Shown here piece after piece: positions 9,993-20,329 of a DNA stretch of 64,000 nt. The stretch spans positions 868-64,867 of the forward strand of contig JBEVEO010000176.1 of assembly GCA_040512695.1 (NCBI GenBank), in the 5' to 3' direction. This DNA comes from Leifsonia sp. Its GTDB lineage: Bacteria; Actinomycetota; Actinomycetes; Actinomycetales; Microbacteriaceae. Under the pieces are notes generated by a model that had not been told where the DNA came from, made no database searches, and saw only the letters and a program-made list of their open reading frames with translations. The number at the start of each line of letters is the position of its first letter. The stretch's first letter is position 1. The position numbers were made by a program, and so were the translations under genes.

Positions 9993-11038
9993 CCGACATC
10001 GCAAGCCGGGTCCCCGCGACCCGGGAGGCCGCCGTGGGCGGCGCATCCGCCCGCCGCACCGGCGTCGAGAACCTCCCGCTCGGCAAGGCCATCAACGCCG
10101 GCCTCCGGCAGGCGATGCTCGACGACCCCAAGGTGCTCATGATGGGCGAGGACATCGGCCCGCTGGGCGGCGTCTTCCGGGTGACCGAGGGCCTCATCGC
10201 CGAGTTCGGCGACAAGCGGGTGCTCGACACGCCGCTCGCCGAGTCCGGCATCGTCGGCACCGCGATCGGCCTCGCCATGCGCGGCTACCGCCCGGTGATC
10301 GAGATCCAGTTCGACGGCTTCATCTTCCCCGCCTTCGACCAGATCACCACGCAGCTCGCCCGGATGCGCAACCGGCACGAGGGCGGCGTGAGCATGCCCG
10401 TCGTCATCCGTGTCCCGTACGGCGGCCACATCGGATCGATCGAGCACCACCAGGAGAGCCCGGAGGCGTACTTCGCGCACACTCCCGGCCTCCGGGTGGT
10501 GAGTCCGGCCACGCCGAACGACGCGTACTGGATGATCCAGCAGGCGATCCGCAGCGACGACCCGGTGCTGTTCTTCGAACCCAAGAGCCGCTACTGGCCG
10601 AAGGGGCCGGTCGACTTCGATGCGGAGCCCACTCCCCTGCACGCCTCCCGCGTCGTCCGATCCGGCACGGATGTCACGGTGGTCGGCCACGGCGCCATGG
10701 TGACCACGTTGCTCGAGGCCGCCGACATCGCTGCAGAGGAGGGGACGAGCATCGAGGTCGTCGACCTGCGCTCGATCTCCCCGATCGACTACGGCCCCCT
10801 GCTCGCCTCCGTCGAGAAGACCGGCCGTCTCGTCGTCGCCCAGGAGGCATCCGGGTTCGTGAGCGTCGGGTCGGAGATCGCCGCGACCGTCGCCGAGCGC
10901 GCCTTCTACCTGCTGCAGGCGCCGGTCCTGCGCGTGTCGAGCTACGACGCGCCGTTCCCGCCGGCCGCCGTCGAGACGCAGTTCCTGCCGAGCCCCGACC
11001 GGGTGCTCGAGGCCGTCGATCGCGCCCTGGCGTACTGA
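9989..11038 (+). CDS. pdhB: 2-oxoacid dehydrogenase E1 beta
   Basis: [36 protein letters not shown]. Confidence 0.92.
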   Translation: MTDIASRVPATREAAVGGASARRTGVENLPLGKAINAGLRQAMLDDPKVLMMGEDIGPLGGVFRVTEGLIAEFGDKRVLDTPLAESGIVGTAIGLAMRGYRPVIEIQFDGFIFPAFDQITTQLARMRNRHEGGVSMPVVIRVPYGGHIGSIEHHQESPEAYFAHTPGLRVVSPATPNDAYWMIQQAIRSDDPVLFFEPKSRYWPKGPVDFDAEPTPLHASRVVRSGTDVTVVGHGAMVTTLLEAADIAAEEGTSIEVVDLRSISPIDYGPLLASVEKTGRLVVAQEASGFVSVGSEIAATVAERAFYLLQAPVLRVSSYDAPFPPAAVETQFLPSPDRVLEAVDRALAY

Positions 11039-11048
11039 GAGGCTCACC

Positions 11049-12452
11049 ATGAGCGACCTGACATTCCGCCTCCCGGACGTCGGTGAGGGACTCACCGAGG
11101 CCGAGATCGTGCAGTGGCGCGTCTCCCCCGGCGACAGCGTCGCCGTCAACGACGTGCTCGTGGAGATCGAGACGGCGAAGTCGCTCGTCGAGCTGCCGTC
11201 GCCGTACGCCGGTGTCGTCGGCGCACTCCTCGTCGCAGAGGGCCAGACGGTCGACGTCGGCACCGCGATCATCACGGTGTCCTCCGGTGCGTCCGCGGGC
11301 GCCGAGCCAGGAGCCGCCACCGCGCCGGTAACCCCGTCAGGCGGTGTCACCCCGGCGGATTCGGCGACCGTCGTCGACGAGGCCACCGGCTACCGCCTGC
11401 CGGCTGCACCGGACACGACGGAGAAGCCCGAGCCCATGCTGGTCGGGCACGGCAGCTCCGCCGGTGGCGCGACGCGTCGTCGCCGCACCCGCACGGCCCC
11501 GTCGGCGCACGAGCACCTCGCTCCTGCCCCCGTCCACCACACCGAGGCCGTGCCGCTCACCCGCCCGGTGCCGGCCGCCGCGGCATCCGCCGGCCCGGTG
11601 CTCGCGAAGCCGCCCATCCGCAAGCTCGCGAAGGACCTCGGCGTCGACCTCGCCGCGGTCACCGCGACCGGGCCGATCGGCGACGTCACCCGCGAGGACG
11701 TCATCCGGGAGGCCAGCCAGGCGTCCGTGTTCCGCAACATCGAGACGCCGGCCTGGCCCGAGGTGCGCGAGGATCGCATCCCGGTCAAGGGCGTGCGGAA
11801 GATGATCGCGCAGACCATGGTGTCCAGCGCCTTCACTGCACCGCACGTGAGCCTGTTCGTGGACGTCGACGCGACGCGCACCATGGAGTACGTCAAGAGG
11901 CTCAAGGGCTCCACCGACTTCGCCGGCGCGAAGGTCTCCCCCCTGCTCATCATGGCGAAGGCCATGATCTGGGCGGTCCGCCGCAATCCCACCGTGAACG
12001 CGGCATGGACGGATGAGGAGATCATCGTCAAGCACTACGTGAACCTCGGCATCGCAGCGGCCACCCCGCGCGGCCTCATCGTCCCCAACATCAAGGACGC
12101 CCAGGCGATGAGCCTGCGCGAACTGTCCGCGGCGCTCGAGAAGCTCACGCTCACGGCTCGCGAGGGCAAGACCTCGCCCGCCGAGATGTCGGGCGGCACG
12201 ATCACCATCACGAACATCGGCGTCTTCGGCATGGACACCGGCACCCCCATCCTGAACTCCGGCGAGGTGGCGATCGTGGCCCTCGGCACGATCAAGCAGA
12301 AGCCCTGGGTGGTGGACGGCGAGGTGCGACCGCGCTTCGTGACGACCATCGGCGCCTCCTTCGACCACCGGGTCGTCGACGGCGACGTGGCGAGCCGCTT
12401 CCTGGCCGACGTGGCGTCCATCATCGAGGAGCCGGCGCTGCTGCTGGACTGA
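11049..12452 (+). CDS. pdhC: Dihydrolipoamide acyltransferase E2
   Basis: Lipoyl domain EIETAKS, E3-binding [13 protein letters not shown], catalytic FDHRVVDG. Confidence 0.92.
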   Translation: MSDLTFRLPDVGEGLTEAEIVQWRVSPGDSVAVNDVLVEIETAKSLVELPSPYAGVVGALLVAEGQTVDVGTAIITVSSGASAGAEPGAATAPVTPSGGVTPADSATVVDEATGYRLPAAPDTTEKPEPMLVGHGSSAGGATRRRRTRTAPSAHEHLAPAPVHHTEAVPLTRPVPAAAASAGPVLAKPPIRKLAKDLGVDLAAVTATGPIGDVTREDVIREASQASVFRNIETPAWPEVREDRIPVKGVRKMIAQTMVSSAFTAPHVSLFVDVDATRTMEYVKRLKGSTDFAGAKVSPLLIMAKAMIWAVRRNPTVNAAWTDEEIIVKHYVNLGIAAATPRGLIVPNIKDAQAMSLRELSAALEKLTLTAREGKTSPAEMSGGTITITNIGVFGMDTGTPILNSGEVAIVALGTIKQKPWVVDGEVRPRFVTTIGASFDHRVVDGDVASRFLADVASIIEEPALLLD

Positions 12453-12468
12453 CGGCAGCGGGTCCTCC

Positions 12469-12512
12469 CTCGATACGCGTCCGACTGCGTCGGGCGCTCC
12501 TCGATCGGCGGG
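12469..12512 (-). repeat. REP-like palindromic element (copy 1)
   Basis: Minus strand CCCGCCGATCGAGGAGCGCCCGAC-GCA-GTCGGACGCGTATCGAG; same ends as the element at 59208-59259. Confidence 0.65.
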
Positions 12513-12534
12513 TGCGCCCGGTGGGGGAACGACG

Positions 12535-12568
12535 GATGCCCCGCCGATCCGCAGATCGACGGGGCATC
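12535..12568. terminator. Stem-loop between convergent pdhC and FKBP genes
   Basis: GATGCCCCGCCGATC-CGCA-GATCGACGGGGCATC, 15-bp stem with one mismatch. Confidence 0.65.
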
Positions 12569-12583
12569 TCGGCGGTAACCGGG

Positions 12584-13567
12584 TCAGCTGGTTGCGAGGA
12601 TGTCGATCACGAACACGAGCGTCTTGCCTGCGAGCTCGCTCGTGTTGCTCTGGCTCGCCTCTCCGTAGCCGAGGGCCGGCGGGATGACGGCGATGACCTG
12701 GGATCCGACGGTCTGGCCGGCGATGGCCTGGCTGAAGCCGGGCACGACCTGCGACAGGGAGAACTGGCTCGGCCCACGGCCCCAGCTCTGGTCGAACACC
12801 TCACCGGTGTCCCACGCGGTGCCCTGGTACTGCACGGTGACCGTGGCTCCGTCTGCGACGACCGGCCCGTCGCCCTTCTTCAGCACGCCGAGCTGCAGCT
12901 CGGTGGGGGCATCGGTCTTCGGCAGGGTGACGGTGGGCTTGCCGTCCTTGTCGAGCTCCACGGTGGGCAATCCCTCGGGGGCCGGCTGGTCGGCACCCGA
13001 TGCCCTCGTGGGCAGGATGCTCTTGACGTCGAGAACGACGACGAGCGAGTCGTCGGCCGCGATCTTCAGGTCGGTGTTCCCCTCGGCGCCGAAGGCGTCG
13101 GTGGGCGGGATCACCGAGACGACGCGCGAACCCTCGGTGACGCAGCCGATGGTCTTGGCGAGGCCGGCCATGAGCGCCTCGGCGCTCGCGGTGAACTGCG
13201 GCGAGGAGGTGCCGTCGAAGCCGGCGGCGTCGATCTGCTCCCCCGTCGTGCCGTTGTAGACGACATAGGCGACCTCGGCGGTTCCGCCGGCCTCGAGGGT
13301 GTCTCCATCGCCTTCGACGACGACGGTGCGCTCGGTCTTCTTCGAGCTCAGCCCCTTGTCGAAGGTGGCGACGGGCGCCGTGGTCAGGTCGGTCGTGACA
13401 TCGACGGCATCCGATGCCTTGCCGGAGGTGGTCGCGCACACGTCGACGGACGCCGTGGCGGCATCCTTCGTGCTCGTGGGCGTCGGAGACCCGCTCGAGC
13501 ACGCGGCCAGGGTCGCGACGAGCGCGACGGCTGCGAAGGAGGAGAGAACGGGAACGGTGCGACGCAT
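12584..13567 (-). CDS. FKBP-type peptidyl-prolyl isomerase lipoprotein (two FKBP domains)
   Basis: Lipobox LAAC; VQYQG..GEVFDQSW, VVPGF, IPPALGYG, LVFVIDIL. Confidence 0.92.
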   Translation of the reverse strand: MRRTVPVLSSFAAVALVATLAACSSGSPTPTSTKDAATASVDVCATTSGKASDAVDVTTDLTTAPVATFDKGLSSKKTERTVVVEGDGDTLEAGGTAEVAYVVYNGTTGEQIDAAGFDGTSSPQFTASAEALMAGLAKTIGCVTEGSRVVSVIPPTDAFGAEGNTDLKIAADDSLVVVLDVKSILPTRASGADQPAPEGLPTVELDKDGKPTVTLPKTDAPTELQLGVLKKGDGPVVADGATVTVQYQGTAWDTGEVFDQSWGRGPSQFSLSQVVPGFSQAIAGQTVGSQVIAVIPPALGYGEASQSNTSELAGKTLVFVIDILATS

Positions 13568-13711
13568 GAGCCACTTTCGATCGGAGGACAGAGCGTCAAC
13601 AGGCTATCGGGCGCACCGGTGAGGCGGCTGGCAGGACGCTGGCAGAGCTCTATGACGCGACGTAGCCGCGCGAACCGGGCCGGGAGCGGCGCACGGCCGG
13701 TCTTGATGGTT

Positions 13712-13740
13712 TTGACAATCATTATCAATAACGTTAATCT
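13712..13740 (+). promoter_or_regulatory. Zur box overlapping the -35 of a sigma70-type promoter
   Basis: TTGACAATCATTATCAA near-palindrome (13712-13728) matches actinobacterial Zur/Fur-type boxes; TTGACA-17nt-TAATCT; GTG start 6 nt after the -10. Confidence 0.85.
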
Positions 13741-13746
13741 CAGGAT

Positions 13747-14781
13747 GTGAAGAGACGCAGCAGAGTGACCGCGGCGGTGGCCGTCGCCGTCGGAACGAGC
13801 CTGGTCCTGGCCGCATGTTCGCCGAACGAGGGCGGACTGACCGGCGTCGCCGAGCAGCTCGGCACCCTGCGCGTCGTCGCGACGACGACCCAGGTCGCCG
13901 ACTTCACCCGCGAGGTCGCGGGGGAGTCCGCCACCGTGACGGGCCTCATCCAGCCGAACCAGAGCGCGCACAGCTTCGATCCGTCGGCCGCCGACCTGCT
14001 GGCGCTGTCCAAGGCCGACGTGCTCGTGAAGAACGGCGCCGGCCTCGAGGGCTGGCTCGACGACGCGATCGACGCCTCCGGTTTCCACGGGACCGTGATC
14101 GACGCGAGCACGGGCATCGAGCTCGACGAGGCCGACGAGGAGCCTGAGGCCGATGCCGGCCATGACGCGGACTCCACAGAGGCGACCCACGATCACGACC
14201 ACGAATCCGGCAACCCGCACATCTGGACCGACCCGGAGAACGCGGCGCGGATGGTCGAGACCATCTCGGTCGGCCTCATCACCTCGTATCCCGCCGAGGC
14301 GAAGTCGTTCAGGGCCAACGCCGACGCCTACACGCAGAAGCTCGACGACCTCGACGCCTGGTCGAGGCAGAACATCGACACGGTTCCGCAGGCCGAGCGA
14401 CTGTTCGTGAGCAACCACGACGCGTTCAGCTACCTCGTCGATGCCTACGGCATCGACTACGTCGGCAGCGTCATCCCGAGCTTCGACGACAACGCGGAGC
14501 CGAGCGCGGCCGAGATGGATGCGCTCGTCGCCGACATCATCGCGACCGGAACCAGGGCCGTGTTCTCCGAGGCCTCGCTCTCGCCCAAGACGGCGGCGAC
14601 GATCGCGAAGGAGGCCGGCGTGACGGTGTACTCGGGCGACGACGCCCTGTACGGCGACTCGCTGGGGCCAGCCGGCAGCGACGGCGAAACCTACATCTCG
14701 GCGCAACTGCACAATGTGCGGCTGCTGCTGGAATCGTGGGGAGTCGTCCCCAGCCCTCTTCCCGCCTCGCTGGCAGACTGA
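13747..14781 (+). CDS. Zn/Mn ABC transporter substrate-binding lipoprotein (ZnuA/AztC/TroA family)
   Basis: Lipobox LAAC; AHSFDP, His/Asp-rich loop, NPHIW, NHDAF, GDSL. Confidence 0.93.
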   Translation: MKRRSRVTAAVAVAVGTSLVLAACSPNEGGLTGVAEQLGTLRVVATTTQVADFTREVAGESATVTGLIQPNQSAHSFDPSAADLLALSKADVLVKNGAGLEGWLDDAIDASGFHGTVIDASTGIELDEADEEPEADAGHDADSTEATHDHDHESGNPHIWTDPENAARMVETISVGLITSYPAEAKSFRANADAYTQKLDDLDAWSRQNIDTVPQAERLFVSNHDAFSYLVDAYGIDYVGSVIPSFDDNAEPSAAEMDALVADIIATGTRAVFSEASLSPKTAATIAKEAGVTVYSGDDALYGDSLGPAGSDGETYISAQLHNVRLLLESWGVVPSPLPASLAD

Positions 14782-14786
14782 CGACC

Positions 14787-15599
14787 GTGACGATCGATCC
14801 CGGCGACCCCGTGCTGAGCCTGCGCGACGCGGCCTTCTCCTATGACGGTTCGCCGGCGATCAGCGGCGTGACCCTCGATGTCGCGCCGGGGGAGGCCGTC
14901 GCCCTCATCGGCCCGAACGGATCGGGGAAGTCGACCCTGCTGAAGGGACTGCTCGGGCTGATCCCGGTCACCGCCGGCGAGTTCACGGCGTTCGGCGTCG
15001 CACGCAGCGGTCTGCCGAAGGCGCAGGCCGATGCGGCCGCCCGGGCGTCGCGCCGTTCCATCGGCTACCTGCCGCAGAGCGACGACCTCGACCCCGACTT
15101 CCCGATCAGCCTCGAGCAGGTGGTCATGATGGGCCGGTATCGGGCCCTCGGCCCCTTCCGCTGGCCGGGGCGCACCGATCGCGAGGCCGTGAAGGCGGCC
15201 ATCGACGCCGTCGGGCTCACGCATCGGGCGGCCGCCCGGTTCGGCGCACTCTCGGGCGGCCAGCAGCAGCGCGGCCTGCTCGCGCGGGCGCTCGCATCCG
15301 GTCCGCGACTGCTCCTCCTGGATGAACCGTTCAACGGGCTCGACCAGGCGAACCGCGACGCCCTCGTGCAGACCCTCCGGGCGCTCAAGGCGCAGGGCGT
15401 GGCCGTGCTGGTGTCGACCCATGACCTGGATCTCGCCCGCGAGGTGTGCGACACGGTCCTGCTCCTCAACGCCCAGCAGGTGGCGTGCGGACGCACGGCC
15501 GAGGTGCTCACCCTCGACAATGTGCAGGCTGCGTTCGGGGAGGTCGGCGTCGAGTTCGACGAGCACACCCTCGTCGTGCCCGGCCACGAAGGCCACTGA
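14787..15599 (+). CDS. Zn/Mn ABC transporter ATP-binding protein
   Basis: [26 protein letters not shown]. Confidence 0.93.
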   Translation: MTIDPGDPVLSLRDAAFSYDGSPAISGVTLDVAPGEAVALIGPNGSGKSTLLKGLLGLIPVTAGEFTAFGVARSGLPKAQADAAARASRRSIGYLPQSDDLDPDFPISLEQVVMMGRYRALGPFRWPGRTDREAVKAAIDAVGLTHRAAARFGALSGGQQQRGLLARALASGPRLLLLDEPFNGLDQANRDALVQTLRALKAQGVAVLVSTHDLDLAREVCDTVLLLNAQQVACGRTAEVLTLDNVQAAFGEVGVEFDEHTLVVPGHEGH

Positions 15600-15615
15600 T
15601 GGGCACGGCATCCTG

Positions 15616-16548
15616 ATGGACTGGCTGATCGAGCCGTTCACGCTCCCGTTCATGGCACGCGCCCTCGGCGTGCTGCTCGCGCTCGCCGTGGTCGCCGGCG
15701 TGGTCGGCGTGATCGTGAACCTGCGCGGGCTCGAGTTCATCACCGACGGGCTCACCCACGCCGTCTTCCCCGGCATCGCCATCGGCTTCGTCGCCGCAGG
15801 CCATGACGGGCTGTTCGTCGGGGCGATCATCACCGCCGTCATCGCGGCCGTCGTCCTCACCCTGCTCACCCGGCGCGGCGTCGCATCCGATGCCGCGATC
15901 GCCATCGTGCTCACCGGGTTCTTCTCCATCGGCGTGCTCGTCGTCTCGCGGCAGTCCGACTACGCCGGCCAGCTCGACGCGCTGCTGTTCGGTCGCCTCC
16001 TCACGGTGACGGATGCCGACCTGTGGCGCACGGTCGCGCTCTGCGCCGTCGCCCTCGTCGCGGTCGCCGCCACGCTGCCCGGCCATGTCTTCCGCGCGTT
16101 CGACGCCCGGGGGAGTGAGGCGTCCGGCTTCCGGCCGCTCGGCCTCGACCTGGTGCTGAACAGCGCCATCGCCCTCGTCGTCGTCGCGGCGTCGAGCGCC
16201 GTCGGCAACCTGCTCGTTCTCGCCGTGCTCATCGTTCCCGGTGCCGTGGCGCGGCTCGTCACGGTCCGGCTGTGGCTGCTGTTCCCGCTCGCGGCCGGAG
16301 CGGCGGCGCTCGCCTCGTGGCTCGGCCTCGGCGTCGGGTTCGCCGCCTCCGTCGAGAACGGAGTCGACCTGCCGGCCGGATCCACGGTGGTGGCGACCCT
16401 CATCGCGGTCTACGCGATCGTGCTGCTGGTGCGGCTCGGCATCGACCGGATCCGGCCGCGCGCCCTGCGCCGGCGGGATGCGGGACCGGTGCACGCCGTG
16501 ACGCCCACCGAGCCGACCGACCTCGACCCGGCACGGCAGGGGGCGTGA
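15616..16548 (+). CDS. Zn/Mn ABC transporter permease (ABC-3 family)
   Basis: [14 protein letters not shown], multiple TM segments. Confidence 0.9.
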   Translation: MDWLIEPFTLPFMARALGVLLALAVVAGVVGVIVNLRGLEFITDGLTHAVFPGIAIGFVAAGHDGLFVGAIITAVIAAVVLTLLTRRGVASDAAIAIVLTGFFSIGVLVVSRQSDYAGQLDALLFGRLLTVTDADLWRTVALCAVALVAVAATLPGHVFRAFDARGSEASGFRPLGLDLVLNSAIALVVVAASSAVGNLLVLAVLIVPGAVARLVTVRLWLLFPLAAGAAALASWLGLGVGFAASVENGVDLPAGSTVVATLIAVYAIVLLVRLGIDRIRPRALRRRDAGPVHAVTPTEPTDLDPARQGA

Positions 16549-17363
16549 TGGGCTACTTCGAGAGGGCACTGCTGGCCGCGGTCGTCATCGGCGCGACGTG
16601 CGGCCTGGTCGGCGCGCTCGTGGTGCTCCGGCGGCGGGTGTTCTTCGCCCAGGCGCTCACCCACGCCACCTTCCCCGGTGCGGTGGCCGCCGCACTGCTC
16701 GGCGTCAGCATCCCGCTCGGCGCCGCCGTGGCGAGTGTCGCGATCGTGGGGATCATGGCCCTCATCAGCCGGGTGCGCCGTCAGGGTGCCCAGGTCGCGT
16801 CCGGGATCGTGCTCACCGCCGGGTTCGCCATCGGGGCCCTGATGCAGGCCATGAACCCCGACGTCCCGGTGCACCTCGAGTCGTTCCTCGTCGGATCGAT
16901 CCACTCCGTCTCGGCCGGCGACATCGTGCTGTCCTCCGTGGTGCTGCTCGTGGCCGTCGTCACGATCCTGCTGGTCGGCAAGGAGATCGTGTTCCAGACC
17001 TTCGACCGGCGCGGCTACGCGGCAGCCGGCTACCGCGAGTGGCCCCTGGAGGTCGTCGTGCTCGCCCTCGTCGCCGCCACCGTGGTGACGGCGATGCCCG
17101 CCGTCGGTGCGATCCTCGCCATCGCCCTGATCGCGGCTCCGGCGGCCGCCGCCCGCGTGATGGCGCCGTCGACGCGCTGGATGCTCGCCATCTCCCCCGT
17201 CATCGGAGCGGCGGCCGGGGTGATCGGCGTCGTGCTGTCCCGGCTCGTCGACGTCGCGGCCGGCCCGACGATCGCCCTCGTCGCCGCCGCGTTCTTCCTC
17301 CTCGCCCTCGGGGTGCGCCGGATGCCGCGGCTAGGCTGGACGAGAGGAGTGACCGACGCATGA
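16548..17363 (+). CDS. Zn/Mn ABC transporter permease, second subunit
   Basis: QALTHATFPG, FLVGS; TGATG overlap with previous gene. Confidence 0.9.
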   Translation: MGYFERALLAAVVIGATCGLVGALVVLRRRVFFAQALTHATFPGAVAAALLGVSIPLGAAVASVAIVGIMALISRVRRQGAQVASGIVLTAGFAIGALMQAMNPDVPVHLESFLVGSIHSVSAGDIVLSSVVLLVAVVTILLVGKEIVFQTFDRRGYAAAGYREWPLEVVVLALVAATVVTAMPAVGAILAIALIAAPAAAARVMAPSTRWMLAISPVIGAAAGVIGVVLSRLVDVAAGPTIALVAAAFFLLALGVRRMPRLGWTRGVTDA

Positions 17364-17758
17364 AACGCAACACCTGGCAGCGTGAGGCCGTGCGCGATGC
17401 GCTCGACACGTCGGGCGGATTCATCAGCGCTCAGGCCCTGCACTCGTCCCTGCACGCGAGCGGATCCCCCATCGGCCTCGCGACCGTCTACCGTGCGCTC
17501 TCGGACCTCGCCGAGCAGGGCGAAGCCGATTCCCTCCAGTCGCCGGAGGGCGAGAGCCTCTACCGGGCGTGCTCGACCACGGGCCATCATCATCACCTCA
17601 TCTGCCGCAACTGCGGACTGACGGTGGAGATCGGCGCCGACGAGGTCGAGGCGTGGGCGAAGCGCGTCGCCGGCGAGCACGGCTTCACGCAGGCCGCGCA
17701 CGTCGTCGACGTGTTCGGGCTGTGTGCGGCATGCACCGCGGCCGCGCGGACCGCCTGA
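17360..17758 (+). CDS. zur: Fur-family regulator, probably Zur
   Basis: LATVYRAL, HHHHLICRNCG, CAAC; last gene of a Zur-boxed metal uptake operon. Confidence 0.85.
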   Translation: MKRNTWQREAVRDALDTSGGFISAQALHSSLHASGSPIGLATVYRALSDLAEQGEADSLQSPEGESLYRACSTTGHHHHLICRNCGLTVEIGADEVEAWAKRVAGEHGFTQAAHVVDVFGLCAACTAAARTA

Positions 17759-17782
17759 GCCGACCGCCTGAGCTCGAGCGCT

Positions 17783-18727
17783 CTAGCGGGCCTGCCCGAC
17801 GGTGTCGAGCACCTCGAACGGCCGCTCGACGTGGGCGAAGTGTCCCGCATCCGGAACCGTGATCGCCCGGATGCGGGGAACGAGCGCCACGAGCCGTGGC
17901 AGGTCGTCGGCTGCGACGAACACGTCGCGATCGCCGCGCAGCACTGTGGCGGCGCAGGCCACCTGCGACCAGATCGTCGCGGCGTCGTAGTCGCGCGTGG
18001 CCTCCGCAGCCGCCGTGAACGCGCGCGGACGCACCTCGGCGGCCAAGGCGTCGTAGACGGAGGCGTCGATGAAGGACGGATGCCGGAACAGCGGGGTGGC
18101 GAGGCCGCGCGTGAACCCGATGCGTCCGAGACCGCGGGAGATCGCACGACCGGCCTGCTCGCGGATGGCGAGGATCCGCATCGTCTGCCGCATGCCGACG
18201 AAGAGCGGGATCCTCGCGAGGCCACCCAGCGGGTGGGTCACGGCCTCGAGCACGCCGAATGCGCTGGGGGAGACGAGCGTGATGCCGGCCGTCGCCTCCG
18301 ACTCGACGACAGCGAGGTGGAGTGCGAGAGTGCCGCCGAGCGAATGCCCGATGACACGCCAGCGGTCGAAGCCGAGCGATCGGGCGGCGTGGGCGATCGC
18401 CTCCGTGAGCCGATCGATGGTGAACCGATCGGCATCGGCCGGGAATCCGCTCGCGCCCCAGCCCGGCAGATCAGGGATGATCACGTTCCGGAGGGTCGCA
18501 TCGCCGCGCAGGTCGGCCGCCTGCAGCAGGGGAGTGAAGGTCGTCCACGAGCCGGCGGCACCGTGCAGCATGATCGTCGCGGTCTCGTCGGTGCGATCGC
18601 GCCGGCCGGCGTGCACGGTCATCTCGCCGAGCGGCGTGTGCAGCACCCTCGTCTCGAGCCCGAGCTCGTCGCCGCGGGTGAGGAGCGGGAACGGCGCATA
18701 CGCCGTCGACGTCTGCTCTGCGATCAT
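17783..18727 (-). CDS. Alpha/beta hydrolase
   Basis: LHGAAGS, DLPGWG, GHSLGG, GDRD, AGHF. Confidence 0.88.
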   Translation of the reverse strand: MIAEQTSTAYAPFPLLTRGDELGLETRVLHTPLGEMTVHAGRRDRTDETATIMLHGAAGSWTTFTPLLQAADLRGDATLRNVIIPDLPGWGASGFPADADRFTIDRLTEAIAHAARSLGFDRWRVIGHSLGGTLALHLAVVESEATAGITLVSPSAFGVLEAVTHPLGGLARIPLFVGMRQTMRILAIREQAGRAISRGLGRIGFTRGLATPLFRHPSFIDASVYDALAAEVRPRAFTAAAEATRDYDAATIWSQVACAATVLRGDRDVFVAADDLPRLVALVPRIRAITVPDAGHFAHVERPFEVLDTVGQAR

Positions 18728-18785
18728 GGAAGGTGTTCGGAGACGCGGCCGGAACGGATGCCTCTACCCTGCCGTCGGCCCGGTT

Positions 18786-18814
18786 TTGCGCGCCACGCCG
18801 AGATGACGTAAGCT
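18786..18814 (+). promoter_or_regulatory. Putative sigma70 promoter of rpmB operon
   Basis: TTGCGC-17nt-TAAGCT. Confidence 0.55.
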
Positions 18815-18946
18815 TTCCCTTTGGCTGGGCGTACCTAGCGCCCAGTTCGCCGACACACAACCTCCTCTCTCGAGAGGGAAGGCGTGCGTCGAGCCGACAA
18901 GAGATCTTGGGAGGGGCATCCGCCCCTCGGTACTGGAGGAACAACC

Positions 18947-19183
18947 ATGGCAGCAGTGTGCCAGGTGACAGGAGCCGTTCCCGGCTTCGGTCACAACATC
19001 TCGCACTCGCACCGGCGCACCAAGCGTCGTTTCGACCCGAACGTGCAGCGCAAGACGTACTACGTCCCGTCGCTTCGCCGTAGCGTCACCCTGAACGTCA
19101 GCGCGAAGGGCATCAAGGTCATCGATGCCCGTGGCATCGAGTCCGTCGTCAAGGACATTCTCGCTCGTGGGGTGAAGATCTAA
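18947..19183 (+). CDS. rpmB: 50S ribosomal protein L28
   Basis: [32 protein letters not shown]; GGAGG RBS. Confidence 0.97.
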   Translation: MAAVCQVTGAVPGFGHNISHSHRRTKRRFDPNVQRKTYYVPSLRRSVTLNVSAKGIKVIDARGIESVVKDILARGVKI

Positions 19184-19350
19184 TGGCAAAGCAGCAGGAC
19201 ATCCGTCCCATCATCAAGCTTCGTTCGACGGCAGGCACCGGTTACACCTACGTGACCAAGAAGAACCGTCGCAACAACCCCGATCGTCTCGTGCTCAAGA
19301 AGTACGACCCCGTAGTGCGCAAGCACGTCGACTTCCGCGAGGAGCGCTAA
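19183..19350 (+). CDS. rpmG: 50S ribosomal protein L33 (Cys-free form; not in ORF track)
   Basis: Manual translation [55 protein letters not shown]. Confidence 0.97.
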   Translation: MAKQQDIRPIIKLRSTAGTGYTYVTKKNRRNNPDRLVLKKYDPVVRKHVDFREER

Positions 19351-19354
19351 ACAT

Positions 19355-19660
19355 ATGGCTAAGAAGAGCAAGATCGCCCGGAACGAGCAGCGCAAGGTCA
19401 TCGTCGAGCGCTACGCCGCGAAGCGCCTCGAGCTGAAGAAGGCTCTCGTCGACCCCAACGGCACCGACGAGTCGCGCGAGGCAGCTCGCGTCGGCCTGCA
19501 GAAGCTCCCCCGCAACGCATCGCCGATCCGCGTCCGCAGCCGCGACGCGATCGACGGCCGCCCCCGTGGTGTCCTCACGAAGTTCGGCGTCTCGCGCGTC
19601 CGCTTCCGTGACATGGCGCACCGCGGCGAGCTGCCCGGCATCACCAAGTCGAGCTGGTAG
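19355..19660 (+). CDS. rpsN: 30S ribosomal protein S14 (long, Cys-free form)
   Basis: [14 protein letters not shown]...DGRPRG...[17 protein letters not shown], 101 aa. Confidence 0.97.
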   Translation: MAKKSKIARNEQRKVIVERYAAKRLELKKALVDPNGTDESREAARVGLQKLPRNASPIRVRSRDAIDGRPRGVLTKFGVSRVRFRDMAHRGELPGITKSSW

Positions 19661-19691
19661 TCACCGCTCGGCCGTGACGGCCTGATCCATC

Positions 19692-19732
19692 CCGAACGGG
19701 ATGTCCGAGGAATCCTCGGGCATCCCGTTCGG
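19692..19732 (+). terminator. Long hairpin after rpsN
   Basis: CCGAACGGGATGTCCGAGG-AAT-CCTCGGGCATCCCGTTCGG, 19-bp stem with one G-U pair. Confidence 0.7.
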
Positions 19733-19978
19733 TCGTTAACGCGTCGCCGATGTGCCGCATCCGGGGGCGGCCCGAGTGACGGATGAGGCCAAAGCGGTGG
19801 ATTCCGCGTGTCGCGAACGTCGTTGGGCCCGGAAATCCGCGGAAACTCGCGGATCTCTGTTACATTCGAGGCGGTCATCCGACCGAAGGGGACCGACGGA
19901 TCCGTCGCCCCCGCCATCTCGATAGCTGTACGGCTCGAATAGCTGTAATGGCAGATGTACGTCCGAGGAGGACACTCA

Positions 19979-20266
19979 ATGGCTGACAAGTCGCTTAACA
20001 AGACCGAGCTCGTCGCAAAGATCGCCGCGTCCACGGGTCAGAGCCAGGCCACGGTCGACGCCGTTCTCGGCGGTTTCTTCGAGACCCTCGCCGAGTCGGT
20101 CGGTTCGGACGTCAAGGTTTCGATCCCGGGATGGCTCGCCGTCGAGCGCACCCACCGCGCCGCTCGCACCGGCCGCAACCCGCAGACCGGCGCCACCATC
20201 GAGATCGCCGCCGGCTACTCGGTCAAGGTCTCGGCCGGCTCGAAGCTCAAGGCTGCCGCCAAGTAG
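19979..20266 (+). CDS. hup: HU family DNA-binding protein
   Basis: LNKTELV, RAARTGRNPQTG, AGSKLK; GAGGAGG RBS. Confidence 0.95.
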   Translation: MADKSLNKTELVAKIAASTGQSQATVDAVLGGFFETLAESVGSDVKVSIPGWLAVERTHRAARTGRNPQTGATIEIAAGYSVKVSAGSKLKAAAK

Positions 20267-20282
20267 TCTTCGCTCCACCGCC

Positions 20283-20316
20283 CGCGAGGGGCTCGGCTTC
20301 GGCCGGGCCCCTCGCG
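20283..20316. terminator. Hairpin with cUUCGg tetraloop between convergent genes
   Basis: CGCGAGGGGCTCGGC-TTCG-GCCGGGCCCCTCGCG. Confidence 0.75.
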
Positions 20317-20329
20317 TCGTTGACGGGCG

